Of a stretch of DNA of 17,454 nucleotides, positions 6,907-15,231 are shown in pieces. The stretch comes from a virus. Its lineage: Duplodnaviria > Heunggongvirae > Uroviricota > Caudoviricetes. The notes under the pieces are model-generated. The model worked only from the letters and a program-made list of their open reading frames with translations. It searched no databases and had not been told where the DNA came from. The translations under genes and the position numbers were made by a program. The stretch covers positions 1 to 17,454 of IMG/VR virus record IMGVR_UViG_2579778773_000004. The stretch is one strand, 5' to 3'. How positions within the stretch are numbered: position 1 is the first letter of the stretch; each line of letters opens with the position of its first letter.

Positions 6907-7807
6907 CCGAGCCTCCGGTCACGACGCTGTATTCGGTACAGAAAGACGCCTGCGTACTGTTGAGCACGATGTCGGCCAGTGGTGCAGCCAGTTCGACACG
7001 CTGCACGCCTTCCACATGCAAAGCGGCATAAATGGCAGACAGACGGATGTCGCGCCCCAGCCGGTGCTGTGCCGTGATATACGCTTCCAGTTCTTTCACG
7101 GCGGCCGCGCGAATGGGTTCTCTTTCAGGACCAGGGTAAAGGTAAAGCGTGGCGTTTATCTGGTATTCAACGATGGCAGCAGACTGCACGTTCACACGAT
7201 CGGCCACCGGTCTGACGTCCTCGCCATTAAGGGCGTTACGCACCACAGCCAGCAGGTCTTCGGATGCGACACCGTTATTTTCACGTGACAGCACAGAGAT
7301 GGTGACACAGGCCGGAGACGGACTGGTGACAGAGATATCCGCGACACGCCCGTCGGCACTGCGACCATGATACTGATAGGCGCCCACCGACCCGGCGACG
7401 CTTAAACCTTCAAACGCCTGCTGAATACGCAGACGATAATCCGTGTCAGATTCCATCACTGCCGGTGTCGGCGGGATGGTCGAATCATCTGCCGGGGTGA
7501 TAATCAGGCGCGCGGTGTTGTAATTGGCACCAATCACATCAAGGTCATTACCAGCGGCACAGGCCAGCATCACCGCCCGTGCGGCCTCATTCACACGCTG
7601 ACGCCAGATAAGCTCACGATAAGCATTTTCCTCCAGCAGTTTGACGAGAGGCTCGGATTCCAGCGTCAGGGTACGGGCAACCGCCTCCTGCTGGTCTTCC
7701 GGGTAAAGGGAAATCAGTGTCGCCTTGCGTTCGGCAAGAATGGTTTCAAAGTCCAGCTCCTCGACCACATCCGGTGCGGGTAGCTGGTTCAGGTCGATAA
7801 TCGGCAT
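6899..7807 (-). CDS. J: Baseplate wedge protein gpJ-like (302 aa)
   Basis: Length (302 aa) and synteny W-J-I match P2 gpJ. Sequence MPIIDLNQLPAPDVVEELDFETIL... recognised as gpJ-like. Confidence 0.93.
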   Translation of the reverse strand: MPIIDLNQLPAPDVVEELDFETILAERKATLISLYPEDQQEAVARTLTLESEPLVKLLEENAYRELIWRQRVNEAARAVMLACAAGNDLDVIGANYNTARLIITPADDSTIPPTPAVMESDTDYRLRIQQAFEGLSVAGSVGAYQYHGRSADGRVADISVTSPSPACVTISVLSRENNGVASEDLLAVVRNALNGEDVRPVADRVNVQSAAIVEYQINATLYLYPGPEREPIRAAAVKELEAYITAQHRLGRDIRLSAIYAALHVEGVQRVELAAPLADIVLNSTQASFCTEYSVVTGGSDE

Positions 7808-7811
7808 GGTT

Positions 7812-8159
7812 TCAACTCACAGGGATGGTTAACGAAAGTTGCTGGCCGGTGTCGTTGTGCTGGCCGTTTAACGTAACTGTCATTCGCCCGTCAAAACTGC
7901 GCTCAGTGGTGACGGATGACAGGGTGACGCGGGGTTCCCATTTCAGCACCGCCATGTAACAGGCGACCTTAATCTGCAACTCAAGCGCCGGGGTCTGCGG
8001 CTGGTCAATCATTGACGCCAGCAACGAGCCGTAATCACGACGCATCACCCGTGAGCCGACCGGTGTGCGCAGGATATCGCCGATACTCTGGCTGATATGC
8101 TCAAGGTCAGTGACAGTCAGGCCATCACTGCAATTCATTCCGAGATAACGCGCTGTCAT
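7812..8159 (-). CDS. W: Baseplate wedge protein gpW-like (115 aa, gp25-like)
   Basis: Length (115 aa) and synteny V-W-J match P2 gpW. Start overlaps the V stop. Confidence 0.93.
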   Translation of the reverse strand: MTARYLGMNCSDGLTVTDLEHISQSIGDILRTPVGSRVMRRDYGSLLASMIDQPQTPALELQIKVACYMAVLKWEPRVTLSSVTTERSFDGRMTVTLNGQHNDTGQQLSLTIPVS

Positions 8160-8791
8160 AGAGGACTCCCGGTTGTGCCGCCGCTGTCGCCGGGGTGTTT
8201 ATGGGTATGCAGCACCTTACCGTTTGATGAGAGTTCACCACCGGTGTGTTCAATGTTGCCGCGCATCGTCCCACCCTTCTGCACTTCCAGCGTGCCGGTA
8301 GTCAGTTTGTTAGTGCAGACCACCTCCGGTGTGTCCAGGGTGACGCGGGTTGATGCTTTCACCATGACCACCGGCACCGTGGCAGTAACAGAATCAGAAG
8401 CCGTCACGCTGGCCGTTTTAATTCCGCTTACCGTGAGTGCACTGGTTTCGGGTTCATACTCAATCACCGCCCCGTCAGGGAAACGGATATGCAGGGCATC
8501 CGCCGACGCAGACGGCGCGGGGTTATCGCCGGAATAAATCCCCGGCAGAACGAACGCCGTGTCGAGTTCACCGCCCACAGCCAGAATCAGCACCTGTTCC
8601 CCCACGGAAGGTGCCCACCATGTGCGCGAACGTCCGGCACGATGGGTCAGCCACTGAAGCCAGTCGGTGCACATGCCGCCGGTCTGCACACGGCAGCGAC
8701 CGGCGTTAAGGTCGGTTTCGACGATAATGCCGGTGCGGATCATGTTGCGCAGTGCGCGCGCGAGTTCCTGAATATTTGCGAGAGTGTTCAT
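8156..8791 (-). CDS. V: Baseplate spike / assembly protein gpV-like (211 aa)
   Basis: Length (211 aa) and synteny match P2 gpV. A 66-bp gap from S contains a GC-rich hairpin; this is the expected site of the V late promoter. Confidence 0.93.
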   Translation of the reverse strand: MNTLANIQELARALRNMIRTGIIVETDLNAGRCRVQTGGMCTDWLQWLTHRAGRSRTWWAPSVGEQVLILAVGGELDTAFVLPGIYSGDNPAPSASADALHIRFPDGAVIEYEPETSALTVSGIKTASVTASDSVTATVPVVMVKASTRVTLDTPEVVCTNKLTTGTLEVQKGGTMRGNIEHTGGELSSNGKVLHTHKHPGDSGGTTGSPL

Positions 8792-8803
8792 AACGGGAAG
8801 GAT

Positions 8804-8826
8804 GCCGCCGGGTCATACCGGCGGCA
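8804..8826 (-). other. GC-rich hairpin (GCCGCCGG-N7-CCGGCGGC) in the S-V intergenic gap; possible terminator or attenuator between late operons
   Basis: Perfect 8-bp inverted repeat read directly at 8804-8811 and 8819-8826. Not followed by a clean U-tract. Confidence 0.3.
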
Positions 8827-8857
8827 ATGTGACGATGAGGTGTCAGGAATGGCACAA

Positions 8858-9310
8858 CTAACGGTCGAGGTGAGCCAGAATAATCTCTTCAATCATCTGC
8901 ACATCCTCACCGGTAAAGCCGAGCAGAGGACGCGCCGGATAATCAATTTTCTTACCGTCTTTCCGGGTTTCTTCCGACAGACCGAACTGATGCACGCTGG
9001 CGATTTTCGGTGACTTCCCGCCGTAAAACTCCATTGATGCCTGTTCCGGGCTGGCGTGGATATGCAAAAAACGACTGGTGATAAGTTTCGCAAACATTTT
9101 TCGCTTAACACGACCAGTCTTTTTTCTGGCGCTCTGCTGCTGGCGTGGCGCGTAGGGTGTGCCGTCCGGGGCTTTCTGAGCCATCACCCGACGCTGCTGA
9201 CTCTGCCGCAGACGCTTCGCCAGCTCTGCACTCAGCCGCCGACGCCCTGACGGTGACAGCGACTCAATAAGTCCGGTCAGCCGGTCTTCAAAACGCTTAA
9301 ACTCATTCAT
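8858..9310 (-). CDS. S: Tail completion protein gpS-like (150 aa)
   Basis: Length (150 aa) and synteny R-S-V match P2 gpS. Start overlaps the R stop. Confidence 0.93.
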   Translation of the reverse strand: MNEFKRFEDRLTGLIESLSPSGRRRLSAELAKRLRQSQQRRVMAQKAPDGTPYAPRQQQSARKKTGRVKRKMFAKLITSRFLHIHASPEQASMEFYGGKSPKIASVHQFGLSEETRKDGKKIDYPARPLLGFTGEDVQMIEEIILAHLDR

Positions 9311-9770
9311 CCCACTTGCTCACCAGTTCGCCATTGATATAAAGCTCCATCGGGCGGGTGACCGGCTCCGGCGGCGTGGGTTCCGGGATATTCTTCACAT
9401 GCAGCGCGCCGTCCACCTCACTGACCAGCGTGCGCTCGGTCAGCATCAGGCTGATGCTGATATCAAAGCTGCTGTCATTGTTGATGTCTGCATAAAACGT
9501 GAAGCCCTTTTTCTGGCCTTCGTCGGTGGTCATGATGTCGGGCTGATTTTCCCGCAGCCACGCCAGCACCGGCACGATGAGCAGGTCAAAATCACCGGTA
9601 AAGTCGGTCACAATGACATTGAGCGTGTAACGCTTTTCGAATGACAACGACGCCGCCAGTGTGGAGGCAATACTCCCGTTATCCACGAATATCCGCAGCA
9701 TATCGGGGTTAGTTTTCAGCACCGTGACGGCATCAGTCAGCGCCCTGCGCAGGCTGTCGGGTTTGAGCAT
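9303..9770 (-). CDS. R: Tail completion protein gpR-like (155 aa)
   Basis: Length (155 aa) and synteny lysB-R-S match P2 gpR. Confidence 0.93.
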   Translation of the reverse strand: MLKPDSLRRALTDAVTVLKTNPDMLRIFVDNGSIASTLAASLSFEKRYTLNVIVTDFTGDFDLLIVPVLAWLRENQPDIMTTDEGQKKGFTFYADINNDSSFDISISLMLTERTLVSEVDGALHVKNIPEPTPPEPVTRPMELYINGELVSKWDE

Positions 9771-10023
9771 CGTTTTCGTCCTGACAGTGTTTAATCATTT
9801 TTACCTGGCTGGCACAACGTGCCAGCGCGTTCTCGAGCTGCCGGATATCGGCACTTAAATCGCCGTTCGTCTCCGGGTCACTGCCCGGCATCGGGCAAAG
9901 GCTCACTTTCGGGCAGGCGTTGGCGACAATCACTGGCGTCGGTGCAGGCGGGGCGCTGGTGCAACCGGCGCACAGCATCAGGCAGGTCAGCACCGTACCA
10001 GCGGCGAAAATCTTCGTTTTCAT
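9733..10023 (-). CDS. lysC: LysC, Rz1-like outer-membrane lipoprotein spanin (96 aa), nested out-of-frame in the 3' part of lysB and extending into the 5' end of R
   Basis: Internal start MKTKIFAAGTVLTCLMLCAGCTSAPPAPTP... at 10023 (ATG read at 10021-10023 on the minus strand). Lipobox LCAGC followed by a Pro-rich region. The track ORF (135 aa) is an upstream extension; 96 aa matches P2 lysC. Confidence 0.8.
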   Translation of the reverse strand: MKTKIFAAGTVLTCLMLCAGCTSAPPAPTPVIVANACPKVSLCPMPGSDPETNGDLSADIRQLENALARCASQVKMIKHCQDENDAQTRQPAQGAD

Positions 10024-10303
10024 TAAGTAACCTCGTGATGGTTTTCTCGCGCTGTGCTTCACGCTTCGCGGCGTTCTCCAGTTCCTGACGCAGTGCCACC
10101 TGCGCCAACTCGTTTTTGTCTGCCCTGGTGAGGGCAGCATGAAGCTGATTTTTCAGCATGATGATGGTCGTCTGCTGTTCACTGGCGACGTTGTTCACCC
10201 TGTCCAGCGAGGCGCGCAGGCTGGCGTTTTCATGCTTCGCCAGAAACAGTCCCGCCACCGCCAGCGATAACAACACAACCAGCACAATCATCAGCTTTGA
10301 CAT
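9878..10303 (-). CDS. lysB: LysB, Rz-like inner-membrane spanin (141 aa)
   Basis: N-terminal TM MSKLMIVLVVLLSLAVAGLFLA followed by a charged, coiled-coil-like region. Length and position match P2 lysB. Confidence 0.9.
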   Translation of the reverse strand: MSKLMIVLVVLLSLAVAGLFLAKHENASLRASLDRVNNVASEQQTTIIMLKNQLHAALTRADKNELAQVALRQELENAAKREAQREKTITRLLNENEDFRRWYGADLPDAVRRLHQRPACTDASDCRQRLPESEPLPDAGQ

Positions 10304-10716
10304 GGTTCCCGCCCCTCAAGACGCTGACGGCAGGCCGTGCGTATCAGCCGGAAAAACAGCGACGCCACGAGATAAATCAGCGCAGTAAAAATCCACCCGG
10401 TGGCAACCAGCGAGATAAACGTCGCCACCATCACTACCAGAGCCGCCGCCCGTCTGCACCACGGCACCGGCTGCAAAAACAGCGACGTGACAATCTTCAC
10501 GGCCAGCGATTCCGGTGGCAACTCCCGCCCGTAGCGTTCCAGCACATACTCCGTGGCATACACGCCAACACCACCGGCAACCACACAGATAACCGTCACC
10601 AGAATCGCCCAGGCAGCGACAAAATTGACGGCCACGCTCTGCGGGTAAATCAGGGACAGTGCCAGCATCAGCGCCAGCGACACATTCAGCATCAGTGAAA
10701 GGGATAATTTCTTCAT
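10291..10716 (-). CDS. lysA: LysA, multi-TM lysis-timing protein (141 aa)
   Basis: Several hydrophobic segments. Length and position after K match P2 lysA. Confidence 0.88.
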   Translation of the reverse strand: MKKLSLSLMLNVSLALMLALSLIYPQSVAVNFVAAWAILVTVICVVAGGVGVYATEYVLERYGRELPPESLAVKIVTSLFLQPVPWCRRAAALVVMVATFISLVATGWIFTALIYLVASLFFRLIRTACRQRLEGREPCQS

Positions 10717-10730
10717 GGTGTTTACTCCGT

Positions 10731-11228
10731 TTAAGCCAGTACGCCGCCAGCGGTACGCCAGACGGTGACCAGTTTTTCCAGTGAATGCTCACGCTGACCG
10801 TAACCGGCACCCGGCAGGGACGCCCAGATATTTCGACAGCGTGAAATGGCGCGCTCAATACGTCCCGCCCGGATGTCATCCAGCGCACCGCGTTCGCGGA
10901 TCAACTGAATGGCGAGTCTGTCCTGTGACAGCGGACTGAAATCCGGCAGGGCAAGCTGTTTGCGGTAATGCGGCCAGAACAGGTAAAGCTGCTGATAGCG
11001 ACCGGAGGCCGTGGATTTTTCACCGCGACGGTTAAACACCTTCGCCGGTCGGCCATGTGCGAACGGGTGGTCACTGTAGTCGGTGAAGATTTCCGGCTTC
11101 CCGTCCAGTCCGGTGACTATCACGTCATAGCCACGGTTTTTCGTCAGCGGATGATTCGCCGTCCCTTCGGACACCGCCAGCATGTCGAGAAAGGCGGCGA
11201 TATTCTGGTGCGTGTTAATTACCGGCAT
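10731..11228 (-). CDS. K: Endolysin gpK-like (165 aa)
   Basis: Length (165 aa) and position after the holin match P2 gpK. Sequence MPVINTHQNIAAFLDMLAVSEGT... recognised as the P2-type endolysin. Confidence 0.93.
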   Translation of the reverse strand: MPVINTHQNIAAFLDMLAVSEGTANHPLTKNRGYDVIVTGLDGKPEIFTDYSDHPFAHGRPAKVFNRRGEKSTASGRYQQLYLFWPHYRKQLALPDFSPLSQDRLAIQLIRERGALDDIRAGRIERAISRCRNIWASLPGAGYGQREHSLEKLVTVWRTAGGVLA

Positions 11229-11509
11229 TACGGTTTCCCCCTGCCCTTAAAGCGGCGCTGAATGGCAATCTCAATCACCTGATAACCGGCGATACCCAGC
11301 ATGGAGCCGATGCCGCACACCGCAGGCAGTGACAGGTCAGGAAACTGCACCAGAACAACACCGGCAACCATCGAGACAAAACCACCGAGCAACATGCGCC
11401 CGATAAACAGACGCGGGGTGATGGGTTCACCACCGGCAAGCACCTTGCCGACAACAATCAGCACCCCAATCATGAAAAGCGACAGGACGCTTTTTTCTTC
11501 TGCTGTCAT
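11228..11509 (-). CDS. Y: Holin gpY-like (93 aa)
   Basis: Small protein with hydrophobic TM segments and a basic C-terminus (RRFKGRGKP). Length and position match P2 gpY. Confidence 0.92.
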   Translation of the reverse strand: MTAEEKSVLSLFMIGVLIVVGKVLAGGEPITPRLFIGRMLLGGFVSMVAGVVLVQFPDLSLPAVCGIGSMLGIAGYQVIEIAIQRRFKGRGKP

Positions 11510-11512
11510 GCG

Positions 11513-11716
11513 TTACTCCCACAGATTGACAGTTTCAGCCACGGGCGCGGTCTGAACGTCGGGCAGTTCGACGGCGGTGCCGTGTGGCAGCACCGCACCC
11601 AGTTCAGCCAGTCCCGGATTTGCGGCGAGCACGGTCTCAACCACGCCCTCAGTGCGCCCGTAATACCGGACACAAATGGCGTCGAGCGTGTCGCCCTGTA
11701 GCGCAAAGGTCTTCAT
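11513..11716 (-). CDS. X: Tail protein X-like (67 aa from internal start MKTFALQGDTL...)
   Basis: The track ORF (90 aa) is an upstream extension through L. The ATG at 11716 overlaps the L stop (ATGA). 67 aa matches P2 gpX. Confidence 0.88.
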   Translation of the reverse strand: MKTFALQGDTLDAICVRYYGRTEGVVETVLAANPGLAELGAVLPHGTAVELPDVQTAPVAETVNLWE

Positions 11717-12225
11717 CAGATTTGACTCACGATGCAGCGCGGCTTGTCCTGGATGCGCGCCACTGCCCAGCGCATATCCCGCCACAACTCATCAATGGTG
11801 CTGTCAATGCTGTCGGCCTTCTTGTCGCCTTTCGCACTGGCATCCACGCCGCGGTAACGCTCATAAAGCGACGCGGTCGCCATCGCACACACGGCGCGCT
11901 CGTAGTAAAATACTTTGATGCTTTCACCGTCGATGTCGTCCGCCGGGACGTCCGCCAGACGCGTAAAACCGGCGGCAATTTTCTGTTCGCGGTACTCGTA
12001 CAGCTCCGCATTCGTCTCCGCCATACCTGACTTGATGGCCTCACGCAGACGGGCGGGGGCGACGGTCTGCTCAAGGCGCATACGTTCCCGGACGCGCTTC
12101 GGGTCGATATCGGGAAAAAAGAACGTGTTTTTAATCACCGGCTCGTCGCCTGCCGGTTGCGGGATGACCACCGTACCCTCACCGGATACAGGAGCCTCCT
12201 TTCGCGGAATAATCAGCGTCATCAT
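11716..12225 (-). CDS. L: Head completion / stabilisation protein gpL-like (169 aa from internal start MMTLIIPRKEAP...)
   Basis: The track ORF (189 aa) is an upstream extension. Tandem ATG ATG at 12225-12220 on the minus strand. 169 aa matches P2 gpL. Confidence 0.92.
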   Translation of the reverse strand: MMTLIIPRKEAPVSGEGTVVIPQPAGDEPVIKNTFFFPDIDPKRVRERMRLEQTVAPARLREAIKSGMAETNAELYEYREQKIAAGFTRLADVPADDIDGESIKVFYYERAVCAMATASLYERYRGVDASAKGDKKADSIDSTIDELWRDMRWAVARIQDKPRCIVSQI

Positions 12226-12324
12226 GACTACCTCTGAAAAGTCGGGCGGTGGACGCCGGTGCAGTGTCAGATGATTCACCCTCACTGACCGGCGTGCCGC
12301 CCTGGCGCGGGGCGCATTCGGTTG

Positions 12325-13068
12325 TTAACTGGCTTTCTTTTTCGGGCGTCCACGTTTTGCCGGGGTCACGCTCCGGGTCTTACGCGGGGTGCGGGTGACC
12401 GCTTTGGGCTGCGGCTCCGGCTTCGGTTTCAGCTCCCGCTCCAGTCGTTCAATCTCTTTTTTAACGCCTGCCTGACAGTCGAGCTGTGTCGCACGTTGCA
12501 GGTGCGCCAGCGCACCGGCGGCATCACCAGCGTCACGCAGAAACAGACCGGTGATTTTGTGCAGATTTGCGCGCACTTCATCAGGCATGTCAGCCGTGGC
12601 GGTCAGTTCAAGGGTGTCCGTCAGCAGGCGGGTATCCACGGATTCACCGGCAGCGTGGGCGCGCATGGCCGCGAGCGCGACCTCCTCGGTGAACATGTAC
12701 GGCGGGGTGCGGCGGTGTTTACCCGGCATGGTCAGACCGTACTTCAGGGCATAACGGGCAATCTCCAGCGCACCGGCAATATCGCCGGTATCCAGACGCC
12801 ACAGCATGACCGTCATCAGAATGTCATCCTGTGCACCTTTGCCCTGCTCCAGCACGCCGTTCACCCACGGCAACCAGAACGGCAGCAGTTCGCGTTTTTT
12901 CGCGGCCTTCAGCTCTTTTGAATAAATCGCTTTCAGTGTGCGCTGGTCTGCGGCGAGCTTAACCAGCATCTGCTCATAGACAGTTGCATGTCGCAGCGGG
13001 GCGGCTTCCCGCTGCGCGGTCATCGCTGCCGAGACCCGCATCATGTGGCGCTGTGCGGGACTCGTCAT
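12325..13068 (-). CDS. M: Terminase small (endonuclease) subunit gpM-like (247 aa)
   Basis: Length (247 aa) and synteny N-M-L match P2 gpM. Basic C-terminal tail. Confidence 0.93.
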   Translation of the reverse strand: MTSPAQRHMMRVSAAMTAQREAAPLRHATVYEQMLVKLAADQRTLKAIYSKELKAAKKRELLPFWLPWVNGVLEQGKGAQDDILMTVMLWRLDTGDIAGALEIARYALKYGLTMPGKHRRTPPYMFTEEVALAAMRAHAAGESVDTRLLTDTLELTATADMPDEVRANLHKITGLFLRDAGDAAGALAHLQRATQLDCQAGVKKEIERLERELKPKPEPQPKAVTRTPRKTRSVTPAKRGRPKKKAS

Positions 13069-13071
13069 CGG

Positions 13072-14145
13072 TTACGCTCCCGGCTCTGCGGTCGCTTTAG
13101 CCGGTGTGGAGAAGTCACCGACCTTGATTTTTTCCACCAGACAACCGGCGGCGTAGTCTTCCACCACGTAATCAATGTTCATTGACTCGTAGTTCTCCAC
13201 GCGGTCGAGTTTCGGGTTTTCCTCAATCACGCGGCGATGGCTGTCATCCATGTAGTAGATGGACAGGTTTTCCAGCTTCGTGATGAGCATCGCATCCGCC
13301 GGGAAGTACGGGACGCGTACCGCTGGCAGGTTGCCGATGCGTTTCTGGCTGATGATGACGTCAGCGGCCAGCATTTCGCTGTTGTCCTGCTCCTTGTTGA
13401 CGATGGGAAAATACTTGTCCGCCAGTAGCTGACGTCCCACAATCACCACAAGGTCAGGTTCTTCCTGATACCACGGCTCAATCAGGTTGTTGGTCGCATC
13501 CATCACCAGTGCATCAAGGCTGGCATAATCACCGCCCTTACCCACGCGGATGACCTCAGAGGTGGTGCGGCCTTCCTCGTCAGTGACCTTGCTCATCACG
13601 CGCGCCGGGGCTTCATTGCGGTATTTCTGCAGCCAGCCGACCGCCACATCCTGCAGCATCGGATTACTGTTGCGGTCAGAGGTTTCGGCACGCTTCACGC
13701 CGTTAAAACCGGCCATGATGAAATCAAGGGACTGGCGTTTGATAATGGCGTTACGGATACGGAGCTGGAAATCCTGATAACGCGCCCACAGGTCCAGCGT
13801 TTTGTAGCGGATATAAAAATCGAAGTTAACCTGGTCGCATTCGTACTTGTTTGACGCCAGCTTCGAGAAGTCCTTCGGCTGACGCTCGGTGCCACCGGCG
13901 GTGTCGGTGGTGCTGGCAATGGGGCCGGTGACACCGATACCAATTTTTTCCCCTTTCATTTCGCTGACCGGCACAATGTTGATGCGGGTCAGAAAGTCAG
14001 AGGACTCCTGCATGGTGTTCATCAGGGTCTGGGTGACCGACGGTTCAACGGTGAATTTTTTCGACACATCACCGGCGTCGATGCCGTTCAGTTCGGCAAC
14101 ACGGGACAGGTAGGCATTAAATTTAAAACGGGTTTCCTGGCGCAT
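13072..14145 (-). CDS. N: Major capsid protein gpN-like (357 aa)
   Basis: Length (357 aa) and synteny O-N-M match P2 gpN. RBS AGGAAC lies 5 nt upstream of the ATG. Confidence 0.96.
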   Translation of the reverse strand: MRQETRFKFNAYLSRVAELNGIDAGDVSKKFTVEPSVTQTLMNTMQESSDFLTRINIVPVSEMKGEKIGIGVTGPIASTTDTAGGTERQPKDFSKLASNKYECDQVNFDFYIRYKTLDLWARYQDFQLRIRNAIIKRQSLDFIMAGFNGVKRAETSDRNSNPMLQDVAVGWLQKYRNEAPARVMSKVTDEEGRTTSEVIRVGKGGDYASLDALVMDATNNLIEPWYQEEPDLVVIVGRQLLADKYFPIVNKEQDNSEMLAADVIISQKRIGNLPAVRVPYFPADAMLITKLENLSIYYMDDSHRRVIEENPKLDRVENYESMNIDYVVEDYAAGCLVEKIKVGDFSTPAKATAEPGA

Positions 14146-14203
14146 ATTTGTTCCTGAAATTAAGGGTTAATCGTGAAGGTTTTCCCGGACTGACTGACGC
14201 CGG

Positions 14204-15058
14204 TCAGCAGTTCGTCATCAGGGCGTCTCCGCCACCGCCGGTGGCCTTGCTGCGGCGCTGCTGGGTCAGACTTTCGGTGTTGTCGAGACTGTTTTTCAGG
14301 CGGGTGAATGCCTGGCTGGTTTCATCCGCCCTGTCAGTCACCTCCTGCTTAAGTGCGGAAAAGGCGTTTTCCATCTCAGCGAGGCGCTGCTCAGTGGCGC
14401 TCAGTTTTTCCTGCACATGTTCAGCAACAGCGGTCACCGCTTCATGCACGTCATTCAGACGGGCGTCATCGCTGGCCTGTTTGCGGCCAAAAATGGATTT
14501 CACCTTTTCGGTCAGGGCGGTGAACACGGTTTCAGGCAGGTCTTCAAATTCCAGCTCAACGGGCGTTGCCACTGAAATCAGGTTTTCAGGGCTTAATTTG
14601 AAGCGGTTCAGGGGGTTGTGTTTTGCCGTGCGGCAGAATTCCAGGTATTCCGTGCCGAGGCTTGCCGGGTCATCGGTGACGGCCAGACCCACCAGATAAC
14701 ATTTGCCGGTATTGGCAAAGTTCGGCTGAATTTCCATTGAGGTGTAGACCTTCTGCGCGGCCTTGTTCATCGCGATAAGGTCATCGGTCGGGGTGATTTT
14801 CGCAAACAGCGCCCATTTGCCTTTCAGCGCCGAATCATCGTCAATCTTTTCGGCCTTCAGTTCGACCACATCGCCATAACGCTTAAAAATACCGTCAGGC
14901 AGGATGCCGCGCAGATGTTCCAGGTTAATGCGGCAACCATAGACTCGCGGGTCAAAGGTTTCGGCCATTTCCTGAATATCCTGCGCACTGATGACACGCC
15001 CGTCACAGGTGTCACCCTCAACGCCGATACGAAAGAATTTTGAGACTTTTTTTGCCAT
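14204..15058 (-). CDS. O: Capsid scaffolding protein gpO-like (284 aa from internal start MAKKVSKFFRIGVEGDTCDGR...)
   Basis: The track ORF (306 aa) is an upstream extension. ATG at 15058 (CAT read at 15056-15058). 284 aa matches P2 gpO. Confidence 0.93.
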   Translation of the reverse strand: MAKKVSKFFRIGVEGDTCDGRVISAQDIQEMAETFDPRVYGCRINLEHLRGILPDGIFKRYGDVVELKAEKIDDDSALKGKWALFAKITPTDDLIAMNKAAQKVYTSMEIQPNFANTGKCYLVGLAVTDDPASLGTEYLEFCRTAKHNPLNRFKLSPENLISVATPVELEFEDLPETVFTALTEKVKSIFGRKQASDDARLNDVHEAVTAVAEHVQEKLSATEQRLAEMENAFSALKQEVTDRADETSQAFTRLKNSLDNTESLTQQRRSKATGGGGDALMTNC

Positions 15059-15231
15059 TGTCAGGAGTCCTGAATAGTGATTAGAGGAGTCACATGTCGG
15101 CATCAGTTTCCCGACGATGCGCATCCTCTGCCATCAGTCCCGGATGGCTTATCACTGACACAACAGCACCTTAGCGAATCGCGGGGCGCGACTCAGTAGC
15201 CTTGCCGTGTATTCATCACGGCGAGGTATTC
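15059..15231. promoter_or_regulatory. Divergent late-promoter region between O (-) and P (+); expected site of Ogr-dependent late promoters
   Basis: Established P2 biology: the P-Q and O-to-S operons diverge from this intergenic region under Ogr-activated promoters with a TGT-N12-ACA element near -55. Partial dyads seen: TGG-N12-ACA at 15145-15162 and GTCGG-N10-CCGAC at 15096-15115. No exact TGT-N12-ACA found by eye. Confidence 0.5.

Noticed and set aside
6677-7288. Long antisense ORFs inside backbone genes (for example 6677..7288 +, 8489..9013 +, 12322..12921 +, 14148..14699 +, 15259..15969 -, 16483..16932 -)
   Set aside because: They lie entirely within, and antisense or out-of-frame to, well-supported P2-like structural genes. 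GC-rich DNA generates such shadow ORFs, and none has an independent start context or recognisable motif.
14204-15124. Longer N-terminal extensions given by the ORF track for O (306 aa), L (189 aa), X (90 aa), lysC (135 aa), P (600 aa) and the 223-aa cargo ORF
   Set aside because: The internal ATG starts give lengths matching P2 proteins (284, 169, 67, 96, 590 aa), have better RBS context, and avoid long overlaps with upstream genes. For the 223-aa cargo ORF the internal start at 1152 has the AGGAG RBS.
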